This document shows positions 36,575 through 47,063 of a stretch of DNA of 59,561 nucleotides, piece after piece. Each line of letters begins with the position of its first letter. Position 1 is the stretch's first letter. The stretch spans positions 1 to 59,561 of the forward strand of contig JAKOQC010000247.1 in assembly GCA_029778565.1 (NCBI GenBank), written 5' to 3'. The DNA comes from a bacterium. GTDB lineage: Bacteria; Patescibacteriota; Saccharimonadia; CAILAD01; BJGX01. A model generated the notes under the pieces. The model was not told the DNA's origin, did no database searches, and saw only the letters and a program-made list of their open reading frames with translations. A program made the position numbers and the translations under genes.

Positions 36575-37201
36575 ATGAAGGCTATGAAAGAGAGTGGTGA
36601 TTACAACAATTCGATTTTAGTGCCAACAGTTATAGAAAAAACAGCTGGTGGTGAACGGGCCTATGATATTTACTCGAGGCTATTAAAGGAGCGCATAATA
36701 TTTTTAGGCACAGAGGTAAACGACCAAGTGGCTAATTTAGTTATTGCACAGTTGTTATTTTTAGAATCAGAAGATAAAACGGCAGACATTAAGCTCTACA
36801 TTAATAGCCCTGGCGGTAGTGTGTATGCTGGCCTGGCTATGCTCGATACCATGAATTTAATTACTCCGGATGTTAGTACAATTTGTGTGGGTATGGCGGC
36901 AAGTATGGGTGCAGTGTTGTTAAGCTCTGGTGCTAAAGGCAAGCGATTTGCTCTGCCTAATTCAAAAATAATGATCCATCAGGGTTCGGCTGGTTTTTCT
37001 GGTACACCAAGTGATATCGAAATTACTGCTCGTGAAGTATTGAAGAGCCGACAAAAGCTTGATGAAATCTTAGCCGAGAATACCGGTAAGAGTATCGAGC
37101 AAGTACATAAAGATACCGACCGTGACTATTGGATGAGTGCTGCTGAGGCCAAAACGTATGGAGTAATAGATAGCGTTGTAGCCAAACGCGACAAAAAATA
37201 G
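36575..37201 (+). CDS. clpP: ATP-dependent Clp protease proteolytic subunit
   Basis: 208 aa. [16 protein letters not shown], catalytic region GMAASMGA and IMIHQ. Confidence 0.95.
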   Translation: MKAMKESGDYNNSILVPTVIEKTAGGERAYDIYSRLLKERIIFLGTEVNDQVANLVIAQLLFLESEDKTADIKLYINSPGGSVYAGLAMLDTMNLITPDVSTICVGMAASMGAVLLSSGAKGKRFALPNSKIMIHQGSAGFSGTPSDIEITAREVLKSRQKLDEILAENTGKSIEQVHKDTDRDYWMSAAEAKTYGVIDSVVAKRDKK

Positions 37202-37216
37202 TGAGCACGTAAGCTA

Positions 37217-38461
37217 ATGTATGCTCAGCTTCTCAAAAATCGCAACTTTTTAAAGATCTGGTCGGCACAACTGGTCAGCCAGATTGCCTCAAACCTATTA
37301 AACTTTGCCTTAATAATTCGTATTTTCGATCTCGCTTCGAAAACGCAATTCGCCAATATTTCGGTGAGTCTACTTATTTTAAGTTTTGGTATTCCATCTA
37401 TTATCTTTGCGGTATTAGCTGGAGCGTACGTTGATCATCTCGACAGGCGCAAGGTATTGATTGTTACGAATATTGCTCGAGCAGTACTTGTGTTACTCTT
37501 CTTGGTTTTCGAAAATAATATCTTTGTAGTGTACGGATTAGTCTTTTGTATTTCTACGCTTAGTCAGTTCTTTACTCCTGCCGAAGGAGCAGCCCTACCT
37601 AAGCTAGTCAAACCCAATCAGTTCTTAGCGGCTAATAGCTTGTTCTTATTTACACTTTATTCGAGCTTTGTTATTGGCTATAGTCTGGCTGGGCCAGTGA
37701 TTGCGGCATTTGGCGGCCCTGCGGTGTATTATTTAGTGGCAGTTTCGTTTGTATTGGCAGCGCTACTAAGCTGGGGCTTGCCTAAGCTACGTCCGGCAGA
37801 AACCGGTATTAACTTTGCAGCCATTAACAAACAGGTCTTCTCGACTATTCGCTCGAGTATGCACCAGATATTTACTTCACACAATCTTATATTTCCAATT
37901 ATCAACCTTACCATTGGCCAGATGATGATAAACGTTATTGCTGTTTTGGCACCTGGCCTGGCCCTTATGTTGTTTAACCAAAGCTTGGCAGTGGTGAGTG
38001 TTAAATTGATTGTTCCGGCTGCCATTGGCATGATAGCTGGTGCTGTAGTGGTGGGTCAGTTTTTAAAAAATACCAAAAAAACCTCAATAATTACACTGGG
38101 GATTGCTCTAGCTGCAGTAATGCTTATTAGTATTACCGGGGTATATCATTTACGGAGTATGACCTACTTTAGTTATCTTGTAGTTGGATTTTCTGTAGGA
38201 CTCGGTTTTGCCAACGGTCTCGTAAGTGTTTCGGCGCAGACTTTATTACAGCTTAATTCTACCGATGAACAGCGCGGTAAAATTTTCGGTACACTTAATA
38301 TGATGATGAATATTGCTGCCTCGGTTCCTGTATTGCTGGCTGGCATTACTGCTGATTTAGTAAGTCCAGTCACGGTGCTGAGTGGTGCCGGGGTGTTGAT
38401 AGCAATCTATGGCATTTATCAGTACAAAGTATTTTCGAATGTACAGTTGAAAAATAGCTAA
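37217..38461 (+). CDS. MFS transporter
   Basis: 414 aa with about 12 TM helices and a DRRKVL loop motif. Confidence 0.8.
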   Translation: MYAQLLKNRNFLKIWSAQLVSQIASNLLNFALIIRIFDLASKTQFANISVSLLILSFGIPSIIFAVLAGAYVDHLDRRKVLIVTNIARAVLVLLFLVFENNIFVVYGLVFCISTLSQFFTPAEGAALPKLVKPNQFLAANSLFLFTLYSSFVIGYSLAGPVIAAFGGPAVYYLVAVSFVLAALLSWGLPKLRPAETGINFAAINKQVFSTIRSSMHQIFTSHNLIFPIINLTIGQMMINVIAVLAPGLALMLFNQSLAVVSVKLIVPAAIGMIAGAVVVGQFLKNTKKTSIITLGIALAAVMLISITGVYHLRSMTYFSYLVVGFSVGLGFANGLVSVSAQTLLQLNSTDEQRGKIFGTLNMMMNIAASVPVLLAGITADLVSPVTVLSGAGVLIAIYGIYQYKVFSNVQLKNS

Positions 38462-38469
38462 AAAAACAC

Positions 38470-38499
38470 TTGACCCAATAGATATAACTAAGGTACAAT
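38470..38499 (+). promoter_or_regulatory. rpoBC promoter
   Basis: TTGACC-N18-TACAAT. Followed by a leader of about 240 nt. Confidence 0.55.
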
Positions 38500-38741
38500 A
38501 CAGTCATTAAGAAGGACGCTTAAACGAAAACAACCGGTTTATTGTAACCTGAGAAATTGGGATACGCCGGTTTTTTGTCGGTTTAGAAAAACCTCCTTTA
38601 ATAACAAAACAGATGTTAGATGTTAGATTTTTGGTTCGACCGGTTAGATCTAAAAACCTAAGCCATCAAGCGTCATTGTTCGAATAAAATCGAAACACAG
38701 AAAAATCTAATAGTTTAAGTGTAGGAAGGTATTAAAATAAT

Positions 38742-41700
38742 ATGGCCAAAACCCCAGCTCCTTTGCGTATCTATGCAAACGAAACAAAAAAAGACATTCT
38801 GCCCTTACCAAATTTAATTAAAATTCAGAGAGATTCTTATCAATGGTTTGTTGATGAAGGTCTAAAAGAACTTTTTGAAGAAATTAGCCCAATAGAAGAC
38901 TTTACTGGTAAAAAATATTCCCTTACCTTTAAAGATTATCATTACGAAACTCCAAAGGTTTCAGAATCGTTAGCAAAAGAAAAGAATCTCAGCTACGAAG
39001 CTTCTTTAAAAGCTAATGTTGAGCTATTAAACAAAGAAACTGGCGAAGTAAAAACTCAAGAAATTTTCTTGGGTGATTATCCTATTATGACCGATCGCGG
39101 TACCTTTATTATTAATGGTGTAGAACGTGTAGTAGTAAGCCAGTTGGTGCGTAGCCCTGGCGTTTTCTTTACTCGCGAAAATGGTGCTGACTACTTTGGT
39201 GCTAAAATTATTCCTTCACGCGGTGCGTGGTTAGAAATCGAAACCGGCCAGAATGGGGTAATGAGCGTTAAGATAGACCGTAAGCGTAAGATTGCCGTTA
39301 CAGCATTGTTACGTGCTTTTGGGTATGGTACCGATAAAGAACTTACCGAAATGTTTGCCGATGTAGATACTGGTGAGGTTAAATTTATTCAAGAAACCAT
39401 CGCAAAAGATCCTTCACACTCTACTGCTGAGGCCTTAATGGAAGTATATCGACGTATTCGCCCGGGTGATATGGCAACGGTAGAAAACTCAAAAAGTCTT
39501 ATTGATGGAATGTTTTTCGACTTTAAGCGCTATGATTTTTCAAAAGTCGGTCGCTATAAGATGAACAAACGCCTTGGTTTGGAATGTAAAAATATTCCAG
39601 AAAACCGCATTCTTCGTCGCGAAGATTTTGTAGCTATTATTAAAGAAGTAATTCGCATGAGCAACACCAATGCTCCTGCCGAAGATATCGACCACTTGGG
39701 TAATCGTCGTCTTAAGATGGTTGGCGAACTTATGCAGCAACGCTTTAGAGTAGGTATTCTTCGAACCGAACGAATTGTAAAAGACCGCATGGGTATTGCC
39801 GATCCAGAAGCCATTATGCCAGCCCAACTCGTAAATGTGCGACCAATTGTTGCTTCGGTAAAAGAATTCTTTGCTTCTCACCAACTTAGCCAGTTTATGG
39901 ATCAAGTAAATCCTTTGGCAGAAATTGTTCACAAGCGTCGTCTTAATGCTATGGGTCCTGGTGGTTTGTCTCGAGAACGTGCCGGGTTTGAAGTGCGTGA
40001 CGTACACCGTACCCACTATGGCCGTATTTGTCCTATCGAAACTCCAGAAGGTCCAAACATTGGTTTGGTTTCTACCCTGGCTACCTATGCACGAGTAAAT
40101 GAATATGGCTTTATCGAAAGCCCATACTTACGAGTTATTAATAAAGCCGCACCAGCTAAAGCTGTTGGCGAAATAATTAGTCGTCAAGTAAAAGACAGCA
40201 AAGGCAACGTGCTTGCCAAAGCAAATGAAAAGGTAAGTGCTACACTTGCCAAAAAACTCGAGAAGGCTGGTATAGAAGAAGTACCACTAAAAGCTCGTTT
40301 AACCTCAGAAGTTGTCTATCTCGACGCTTCAGACGAAGAAAAGGCTGTTATTGCTCAAGCAAATACACCTACAAACGAACAAGGTTACTTTATTGATAGC
40401 CGCGTTTCGGTACGGGGTATTGGCGGTGAAGCTGATGAAGAAGATGTAAACAATGTAAGTTACATGGATGTTACAAGTAAACAAACCGTTGGTGTTTCGG
40501 CAAGTCTTATTCCATTCTTAGAACACGATGACGCCAAACGTGCTTTGATGGGTGCAAACATGCAACGTCAAGCAGTAGCTTTGGTACGTCCTGACTCACC
40601 TGTAGTTGGTACTGGTATCGAAGATACTGTGGCTATCGACTCTGGCCAGGTTATTGTTGCTGAAGAAGATGGTGAAGTTGTAAGTGCAACTGCATCAGAA
40701 ATTACTGTTAAATACAAAAAACTCGGGACTAAGACATACGAACTTATTACTTTTGTTCGCTCTAATCAAGCTAGCTGTATTCACCAACGTACTGTTGCCT
40801 ATGCTGGGCAAAAAGTGAAAAAAGGTGACATCTTGGCAGATGGTATGAGTACGCAAAATGGTGAATTGGCTCTGGGTCAAAACGTTGTTGTAGCCTTTAT
40901 GCCATTTGATGGTCTTAACTTTGAAGATGCTATTGTACTTTCGCAGCGTCTCGTACAAGACGATCGATACACAAGCATTCATATCGAAACTCACCAAATT
41001 GATGTACGCGACACCAAGCTTGGTCCAGAAGTAGTCACCCGTGATATACCAAATGTATCAGAAGAAAGTCTTAAGGATCTTGATGATGAAGGTATTGTGC
41101 GAATTGGCGCAGAAGTAAGTGCTGGTGATATCTTGGTTGGGAAAATTACACCAAAAGGTGAAACCGAGTTAACTTCGGAAGAACGCTTATTGCGCGCTAT
41201 CTTTGGTGAAAAAGCTCGCGATGTAAAAGATACTAGCTTGCGCATGCCAAACGGTGCTTCTGGTAAGGTAGTAGATGTAAAAATCTTAAGCCGAGAAGCT
41301 GGTGATGATTTGCCTGCTGGCTGTATGACCCAAATTTACGTGGCCGTTGCCGAACTTCGCAAAATTCAAGTGGGTGACAAAATGGCTGGACGACACGGTG
41401 ATAAGGGTGTTATTTCAAAGATTATGCCAGTCGAAGACATGCCATACCTAGAAGATGGTACTCCTGTAGATATTGTGCTTAACACTTTGGGTGTGGGTAC
41501 TCGTATGAACCTCGGTCAGATTCTCGAAACTCATCTAGGTTGGGCCGCTCAAGCACTTGGCTATAAGATTGCCAGCCCAGTATTTAATGGGGTAAAGATA
41601 GACCAAATTAAAGCCGAACTCAAAAAAGCCGGTTTACCAGAAGATGGTAAAGCGCAGCTTTATGATGGCTTTACTGGCGAGCCACTAACTCACAAAACTA

Positions 41701-42260
41701 CCGTTGGGGTAAAGTATATGCTGAAGCTTCAACATATGGTTGATGATAAGATTCACGCTCGCTCAACTGGTCCATACGCTATGGTTACCCAGCAACCACT
41801 TGGTGGTAAAGCTCAAATGGGTGGACAGCGATTTGGTGAAATGGAAGTATGGGCACTTGAAGCCTATGGTGCTGCTAACACCTTGCAAGAAATTCTTACT
41901 ATTAAGTCAGACGATGTAATTGGCCGTTCGAAAGCCTATGAGTCAATCATTAAAGGTGAAGAAATTAAAGGACCACGTGTACCAGAAAGCTTTAATGTGT
42001 TAGTAAAAGAATTGCAAAGTCTTGGCTTGGCAGTAGATCTCGAACGCAGTAAGCTTGCTACCAGTATTGATGCCGAAGAAGTATTAGCAGCCGAAACTGC
42101 CGCTGAAGTGAAAGATTTGGCCGATGAAGAACTTTTAGTGGGTGAGGCAGCTGCCGAAGGTGAGGCAATTGTTGATTTAACAGATGCCGGAGCTGAAGAT
42201 GACTTCGCCGCATTAGCAGAAGCAGAATTAACCAAAGATATAGAATCGGAAGAGGTATAA
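38742..42260 (+). CDS. rpoB: DNA-directed RNA polymerase subunit beta
   Basis: 1172 aa with conserved beta-subunit blocks throughout and an acidic C-terminal tail. Confidence 0.98.
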   Translation: MAKTPAPLRIYANETKKDILPLPNLIKIQRDSYQWFVDEGLKELFEEISPIEDFTGKKYSLTFKDYHYETPKVSESLAKEKNLSYEASLKANVELLNKETGEVKTQEIFLGDYPIMTDRGTFIINGVERVVVSQLVRSPGVFFTRENGADYFGAKIIPSRGAWLEIETGQNGVMSVKIDRKRKIAVTALLRAFGYGTDKELTEMFADVDTGEVKFIQETIAKDPSHSTAEALMEVYRRIRPGDMATVENSKSLIDGMFFDFKRYDFSKVGRYKMNKRLGLECKNIPENRILRREDFVAIIKEVIRMSNTNAPAEDIDHLGNRRLKMVGELMQQRFRVGILRTERIVKDRMGIADPEAIMPAQLVNVRPIVASVKEFFASHQLSQFMDQVNPLAEIVHKRRLNAMGPGGLSRERAGFEVRDVHRTHYGRICPIETPEGPNIGLVSTLATYARVNEYGFIESPYLRVINKAAPAKAVGEIISRQVKDSKGNVLAKANEKVSATLAKKLEKAGIEEVPLKARLTSEVVYLDASDEEKAVIAQANTPTNEQGYFIDSRVSVRGIGGEADEEDVNNVSYMDVTSKQTVGVSASLIPFLEHDDAKRALMGANMQRQAVALVRPDSPVVGTGIEDTVAIDSGQVIVAEEDGEVVSATASEITVKYKKLGTKTYELITFVRSNQASCIHQRTVAYAGQKVKKGDILADGMSTQNGELALGQNVVVAFMPFDGLNFEDAIVLSQRLVQDDRYTSIHIETHQIDVRDTKLGPEVVTRDIPNVSEESLKDLDDEGIVRIGAEVSAGDILVGKITPKGETELTSEERLLRAIFGEKARDVKDTSLRMPNGASGKVVDVKILSREAGDDLPAGCMTQIYVAVAELRKIQVGDKMAGRHGDKGVISKIMPVEDMPYLEDGTPVDIVLNTLGVGTRMNLGQILETHLGWAAQALGYKIASPVFNGVKIDQIKAELKKAGLPEDGKAQLYDGFTGEPLTHKTTVGVKYMLKLQHMVDDKIHARSTGPYAMVTQQPLGGKAQMGGQRFGEMEVWALEAYGAANTLQEILTIKSDDVIGRSKAYESIIKGEEIKGPRVPESFNVLVKELQSLGLAVDLERSKLATSIDAEEVLAAETAAEVKDLADEELLVGEAAAEGEAIVDLTDAGAEDDFAALAEAELTKDIESEEV

Positions 42261-42262
42261 AA

Positions 42263-45200
42263 ATGGATAGAGACACACTTATTCACGAACAACAAATTAT
42301 CGACTTCGATGGTATTCGCCTTGGCGTAGCCAGCTCGGATCATATTCTAGACTGGTCACATGGTGAAGTAATTAAGCCAGAAACCATCAATTACCGTACA
42401 CAAAAACCAGAAAAAGACGGACTATTCTGTGAAAAAATCTTTGGTCCTACCAAAGACTGGCAATGTTACTGCGGCAAATACAAGGGTATTCGTTACAAAG
42501 GGATTGTATGTGACAAATGTGGCGTTTTGGTAACTCGCGCAATTGTTCGACGCGAACGAATGGGACATATTGCACTATCTGTTCCAGTAGCACACATCTG
42601 GTTCTTACGCGGCACACCAAGCCCAATTAGTCTTGTACTAAACGTAGGTATTCGCGATCTTGAGCGAGTTGTGTATTTTGCTAACTTTATCGTTACTGAT
42701 GTTGATGAAAAACTTAAAACAGAAGCCCTCGAAGAGCTCGATCGTGATTTTAATACCAAACGCAAAGATATTTTGCAAAAACATCAAATTAAAGATGCTA
42801 AAAATGCTGAAATCTCAGAAGAAGCTACCAAAGAGCTTACCGATCTAGAAACCAACTATACCAATGCCAAGACCGATCTTAGCAATCTTGCGAAGTATCA
42901 GTTATTACCAGAAGGCCGTTACCGCGAACTGAATATGAAATTTGGTCAAGTATTTAAGGCCGGTATTGGTGCTGAAGCTCTGCAATTACTCTTAGAAGAA
43001 ATAGACCTTAAGAAATTAGTAAAAGATCTTCGCAAAGAATCAGAAGAAGCACAAGGACAAAAGAAGAAAAAAGCCCTCAAGCGTCTTAAGCTAATTGAAG
43101 GTATGGAACAAGCTGGTATTCGTCCAGAATCTATGATTATGACAAATGTACCAGTAATTCCACCAGACTTGCGACCAATGGTACAGCTAGACGGTGGTCG
43201 TTTTGCTGCTTCAGACCTTAACGATCTTTACCGACGAGTGATTAACCGAAACAATCGTCTTAAGAAACTCTACAACCTGCAAGCTCCAGAAGTAATCTGT
43301 CGTAACGAAAAACGTATGTTGCAAGAAGCAGTAGATGCGCTTATTGATAATAACGCCCGACGCGATCGTGCAGTTTCTGCAGCTGGTAGTCGTAAGAAAC
43401 TTAAAAGTCTTACAGACTTACTTAAAGGTAAACAAGGACGGTTCCGTCAAAACTTGCTTGGTAAGCGGGTAGACTATTCAGGTCGATCAGTAATCGTTAT
43501 TGGTCCTCACCTTAAGCTAGACCAATGTGGTCTGCCAAAGATGATGGCTCTTGAATTGTTTAAACCATTCGTTATTGGCCAGCTTATTGAAAAAGGCATT
43601 GCTCATAACGTAAAAAGTGCCAGTAGAATGATAGAACGTGCTCGCACCGAAGTATGGGATACGCTCGAAGAAGTTATTTCTGGCAAATACGTACTGCTTA
43701 ATCGCGCACCTACCTTGCACCGCCTTGGTATCCAAGCCTTTAAACCAGTTCTAATAGAAGGTAAAGCAATTCAGCTTCACCCAATGGTATGTACTGCTTT
43801 TAATGCCGACTTCGATGGTGACCAAATGGCCGTACATGTTCCACTTTCAGAAGCTGCTCAGGCTGAAGCCAAGAATATTATGCTTTCTAAGATTAACTTG
43901 CTCAAACCAAGTAGTGGCGAGCCAGTAGTTAATCCAAGCCAAGATATTGTGCTGGGTTGTTACTTCTTAACCAGTGAAATTAAAGAAGGTTTGGGCGCTG
44001 GTAAAGTCTTTAGTAATACCGATGAAGCCATTATGGCATACCAAGAAAAATGTGTAGACTTGCGAGCAAAAATTAAAGTTCGACTAGAAAGTGGTATTAT
44101 CGAAACCACTCCTGGCCGCTTACTCTTTAATGAAATTTTGCCACCAGAAATTGATTTTGTTAACGAAACTGTTAACAAGAGCAAACTAAAACGAATTATG
44201 GCCCAAGTGTTTACCACAAAAGGTCAAGAAGCAACTGCTGACTTAGCCGATGCTATTAAAAACCTCGGTTTCCGATATGCTACCAGCTCTGGTATTTCAA
44301 TCGGTATGGACGACCTCGTTATTCCTGCCAATCGAGATAAATTGGTTGCTGCTGCAGAAGCTAAGACTATTGAATACGTTAATCAATACCAACAAGGGTT
44401 AATTACCAACGAAGAGCGTCGCGCTCACACCGTTGATATATGGAAGAAAACCGGTGAAGAAGTTGAAGCTGAACTAGAAGACACCCTATTAAACTCAGAT
44501 TCTACCCTGTATGACGATTTACAATCTGGTGCACGTGCTAGTATTGGTCAGATAAATAAGATGAGTGGTATGCTCGGGCTTATGCTTTCACCTACCGGTC
44601 GAATTATTGAGTTGCCAGTAAAATCAAACTACAAAGACGGTCTGGGTGTGCTAGAGTACTTTATTTCTACTCACGGTGCGCGTAAAGGTCTTACCGATAC
44701 CGCTTTGCGAACCTCAGAGTCAGGATACTTAACACGTCGTTTGGTTGATGTTGCGCAAGACGTAGTTATTACCGAACCAGATTGTGGTGATAAAGAAGGC
44801 TACATTATGACCCGTAGCGAAGCTTTGGCAACTGGCGAAGAGGGCCTAAGTGCCTGGATAGCTGGTCGTACTGCAATGAAAAAAGTGTTACATCCAAAGA
44901 CGAATGAAGTGATTGTAAAAGCCGGCAGTATTATTGATGATGATTCAGCCAAGCTTATTGATCAGCTCGAAATCGAAGCTGTACACATTCGCTCGATTCT
45001 AAAATGTAAAAGCACCTGGGGTCTTTGCCAACGCTGTTACGGTCTCGATCTAGCTAAAGGTACACCTATCGAAATGGGTGAAGCAGTTGGTATTGTGGCT
45101 GCTCAGAGTATTGGTGAGCCAGGTACCCAGCTAACCATGGATACCAAACACTCAACTGGTGTTGGTGGCGATATTACACAAGGTTTGCCACGTGTAGAAG

Positions 45201-46054
45201 AAATTTTTGAAGCTCGTGCACCAAAGGGTCAAGCCATTTTAGCTGACATTGAAGGTACTGTTAAGATTACGAAAAAAGACAACAAGCAACTTATCTCGGT
45301 AATTCCACTTAACCAAAAAGTTACTGAGTACGAGCTAAAAGGTATGAAGCCAACAGTAAAGACTGGCGAGAGCGTAAAACGCAGTGCTGTTATGGCAAAA
45401 TCTGCAGATGGCAAAAAGACTATCAAAGCTGGTGGTAATGGTACTGTAAAAGTTAGCAAAGACGGTATTACACTTGTACACGAAGGCGGTAATATGCGCG
45501 AGTACACTGTAAGTGAATACACCACTCTTGAGGTTAAAAATGGCGATACTGTTAGTGTGGGTCAGCGTCTTACCGAGGGTTCGGTTAACTTGCAAGATAT
45601 GCTCTTGCTGAGTGGCGAAGAAGCTGTACAGCGCTACATTATCGACGAAGTACAAGCTATTTACTTAAGCCAAGGTCAGACAATTGCTGCTAAACACATT
45701 GAGGTAATCATTCGACAAATGTTTAGTCGTGTACGCATTGAAGAGCCAAATGACACCGAGTTTATCTCTGGCGATATTGTCTCTACTACTACCCTTAACG
45801 AAGAAAATACCCGCGCCAAAGAAAACAAAGGCAAGCCTGCAACCTACGAAAAACTCTTAATGCCAATTACCAAGATTTCTACTAGCTCAGATAGCTGGCT
45901 ATCTGCAGCAAGCTTCCAAGAAACCACCAAAGTGCTTATTTCTGGAGCTATGCGCGGTAAAGTAGATAAACTACATGGTCTTAAAGAAAACGTTATTATC
46001 GGTCGGTTAATTCCTGTCGGTACTGGTTTTCGCGGCGACGAAGATAAGGCTTGA
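42263..46054 (+). CDS. rpoC: DNA-directed RNA polymerase subunit beta'
   Basis: 1263 aa. Zinc-binding CYCGKYKG...CDKCG and catalytic NADFDGD. Confidence 0.98.
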   Translation: MDRDTLIHEQQIIDFDGIRLGVASSDHILDWSHGEVIKPETINYRTQKPEKDGLFCEKIFGPTKDWQCYCGKYKGIRYKGIVCDKCGVLVTRAIVRRERMGHIALSVPVAHIWFLRGTPSPISLVLNVGIRDLERVVYFANFIVTDVDEKLKTEALEELDRDFNTKRKDILQKHQIKDAKNAEISEEATKELTDLETNYTNAKTDLSNLAKYQLLPEGRYRELNMKFGQVFKAGIGAEALQLLLEEIDLKKLVKDLRKESEEAQGQKKKKALKRLKLIEGMEQAGIRPESMIMTNVPVIPPDLRPMVQLDGGRFAASDLNDLYRRVINRNNRLKKLYNLQAPEVICRNEKRMLQEAVDALIDNNARRDRAVSAAGSRKKLKSLTDLLKGKQGRFRQNLLGKRVDYSGRSVIVIGPHLKLDQCGLPKMMALELFKPFVIGQLIEKGIAHNVKSASRMIERARTEVWDTLEEVISGKYVLLNRAPTLHRLGIQAFKPVLIEGKAIQLHPMVCTAFNADFDGDQMAVHVPLSEAAQAEAKNIMLSKINLLKPSSGEPVVNPSQDIVLGCYFLTSEIKEGLGAGKVFSNTDEAIMAYQEKCVDLRAKIKVRLESGIIETTPGRLLFNEILPPEIDFVNETVNKSKLKRIMAQVFTTKGQEATADLADAIKNLGFRYATSSGISIGMDDLVIPANRDKLVAAAEAKTIEYVNQYQQGLITNEERRAHTVDIWKKTGEEVEAELEDTLLNSDSTLYDDLQSGARASIGQINKMSGMLGLMLSPTGRIIELPVKSNYKDGLGVLEYFISTHGARKGLTDTALRTSESGYLTRRLVDVAQDVVITEPDCGDKEGYIMTRSEALATGEEGLSAWIAGRTAMKKVLHPKTNEVIVKAGSIIDDDSAKLIDQLEIEAVHIRSILKCKSTWGLCQRCYGLDLAKGTPIEMGEAVGIVAAQSIGEPGTQLTMDTKHSTGVGGDITQGLPRVEEIFEARAPKGQAILADIEGTVKITKKDNKQLISVIPLNQKVTEYELKGMKPTVKTGESVKRSAVMAKSADGKKTIKAGGNGTVKVSKDGITLVHEGGNMREYTVSEYTTLEVKNGDTVSVGQRLTEGSVNLQDMLLLSGEEAVQRYIIDEVQAIYLSQGQTIAAKHIEVIIRQMFSRVRIEEPNDTEFISGDIVSTTTLNEENTRAKENKGKPATYEKLLMPITKISTSSDSWLSAASFQETTKVLISGAMRGKVDKLHGLKENVIIGRLIPVGTGFRGDEDKA

Positions 46055-46079
46055 TTAACAGGTAAGAATCTGATAGAAT
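46051..46079 (+). promoter_or_regulatory. rpsL promoter, leaderless type
   Basis: TTGATT-N17-TAGAAT. The -10 box ends 9 nt before the ATG at 46089 and there is no SD. Confidence 0.6.
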
Positions 46080-46088
46080 ACTTTTGTT

Positions 46089-46514
46089 ATGCCAACAATC
46101 AATCAATTAATTCGCAAACCACGAGTTCGCAAAGTAAAGAAAACTAAGGCACCAGCCCTAGGGAAGAGCTTTAACGCACTTAAAGTTCGCTCTACTAGCA
46201 TGAACTCGCCTCTCAAACGTGGGGTTTGTACTAAAGTGTTTACCCAAACACCAAAGAAACCAAACTCAGCGTTGCGTAAAGTTGCTCGTGTGCGTCTTAC
46301 AAATGGGATGGAAGTAACTGCCTACATTGGCGGCGAAGGCCACAACCTGCAAGAACACTCAGTTGTGTTGATTCGTGGTGGTCGTGTAAAAGATTTACCT
46401 GGTGTGCGTTACCACGTGGTACGTGGTGCGCTCGACACCGGTGGAGTATCAGATCGCAAACAGGGCCGTAGTAAATATGGTACCAAGCTAGAAAAAGGCG
46501 GAAAGAGCGAATAA
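46089..46514 (+). CDS. rpsL: 30S ribosomal protein S12
   Basis: 141 aa. PTINQLIRK...[10 protein letters not shown]. Confidence 0.97.
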   Translation: MPTINQLIRKPRVRKVKKTKAPALGKSFNALKVRSTSMNSPLKRGVCTKVFTQTPKKPNSALRKVARVRLTNGMEVTAYIGGEGHNLQEHSVVLIRGGRVKDLPGVRYHVVRGALDTGGVSDRKQGRSKYGTKLEKGGKSE

Positions 46515-46990
46515 TGCCAAGAAAAACTACCAAATCTCTTAAGAGGGTAATACCTGCCGATACGAAGTATCAGAGCGTGTTAGTACAAAAAACCATCAAT
46601 AAGGTTATGAAGAATGGTAAAAAACGTCTTGCCGAAGGTCTTGTTTATTCTGCCATCGAAACTGCTGCTGTAAAAAGCAAAAAAGAACCCGTAGAAATTC
46701 TCGAGTTGGCGGTAAAGAACGTTAGTCCTGCAGTAATGGTAAAGAGTAAACGTATTGGTGGTGCCAACTACCAAGTACCTATGGAAGTAAGGGGGGATAG
46801 AAAAACTCACTACGCACTTACCTGGATACTCGATAGTGCTCGTAATAAATCTGGCAAGAGCTTCGATAAAAAACTCTCAGCCGAACTGATTGCCGCAGCC
46901 AATAACGAAGGTGATGCAATTAAGAAAAAACAAGATGCTCACCAGATGGCCGAAGCCAACAAGGCTTTTGCCCACTTCGCTCGCTACTAA
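46514..46990 (+). CDS. rpsG: 30S ribosomal protein S7
   Basis: 158 aa S7 family protein. The start overlaps the rpsL stop. Confidence 0.96.
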   Translation: MPRKTTKSLKRVIPADTKYQSVLVQKTINKVMKNGKKRLAEGLVYSAIETAAVKSKKEPVEILELAVKNVSPAVMVKSKRIGGANYQVPMEVRGDRKTHYALTWILDSARNKSGKSFDKKLSAELIAAANNEGDAIKKKQDAHQMAEANKAFAHFARY

Positions 46991-47003
46991 GCAGGCAAAC
47001 TAA

Positions 47004-47031
47004 AAAACCACCCATCAAAAGGTGGTTTTTT
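47004..47031 (+). terminator. rho-independent terminator after rpsG
   Basis: AACCACC-loop-GGTGGTT followed by TTTTT. Confidence 0.7.
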
Positions 47032-47035
47032 AGTA

Positions 47036-47063
47036 AATAAAAACCCGATCATTGCTGATCGGG
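47036..47063 (-). terminator. hairpin terminator (copy 1 of a repeated 21-mer)
   Basis: CCCGATCATTGCTGATCGGGA forms an 8-bp stem followed by a T-run on the minus strand. Overlaps the last codons of the 124-aa gene. Confidence 0.6.

Noticed and set aside
38631-38645. A GGTTCGACC T-loop-like string in the rpoB leader, as a possible additional tRNA.
   Set aside because: No acceptor, D or anticodon arms can be drawn around it.
39540-40016. Long antisense and alternate-frame ORFs inside large conserved genes. Examples: 39540..40016(-) in rpoB, 41936..42343(-), 14191..14643(-) in clpC, 17485..17994(-) in radA, 18145..18666(-), 5238..5612(-) in dnaE, 51907..52323(-) in fusA and 53915..54370(-) in tuf.
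   Set aside because: These are shadow ORFs within strongly supported protein-coding genes. They have no independent start signals.
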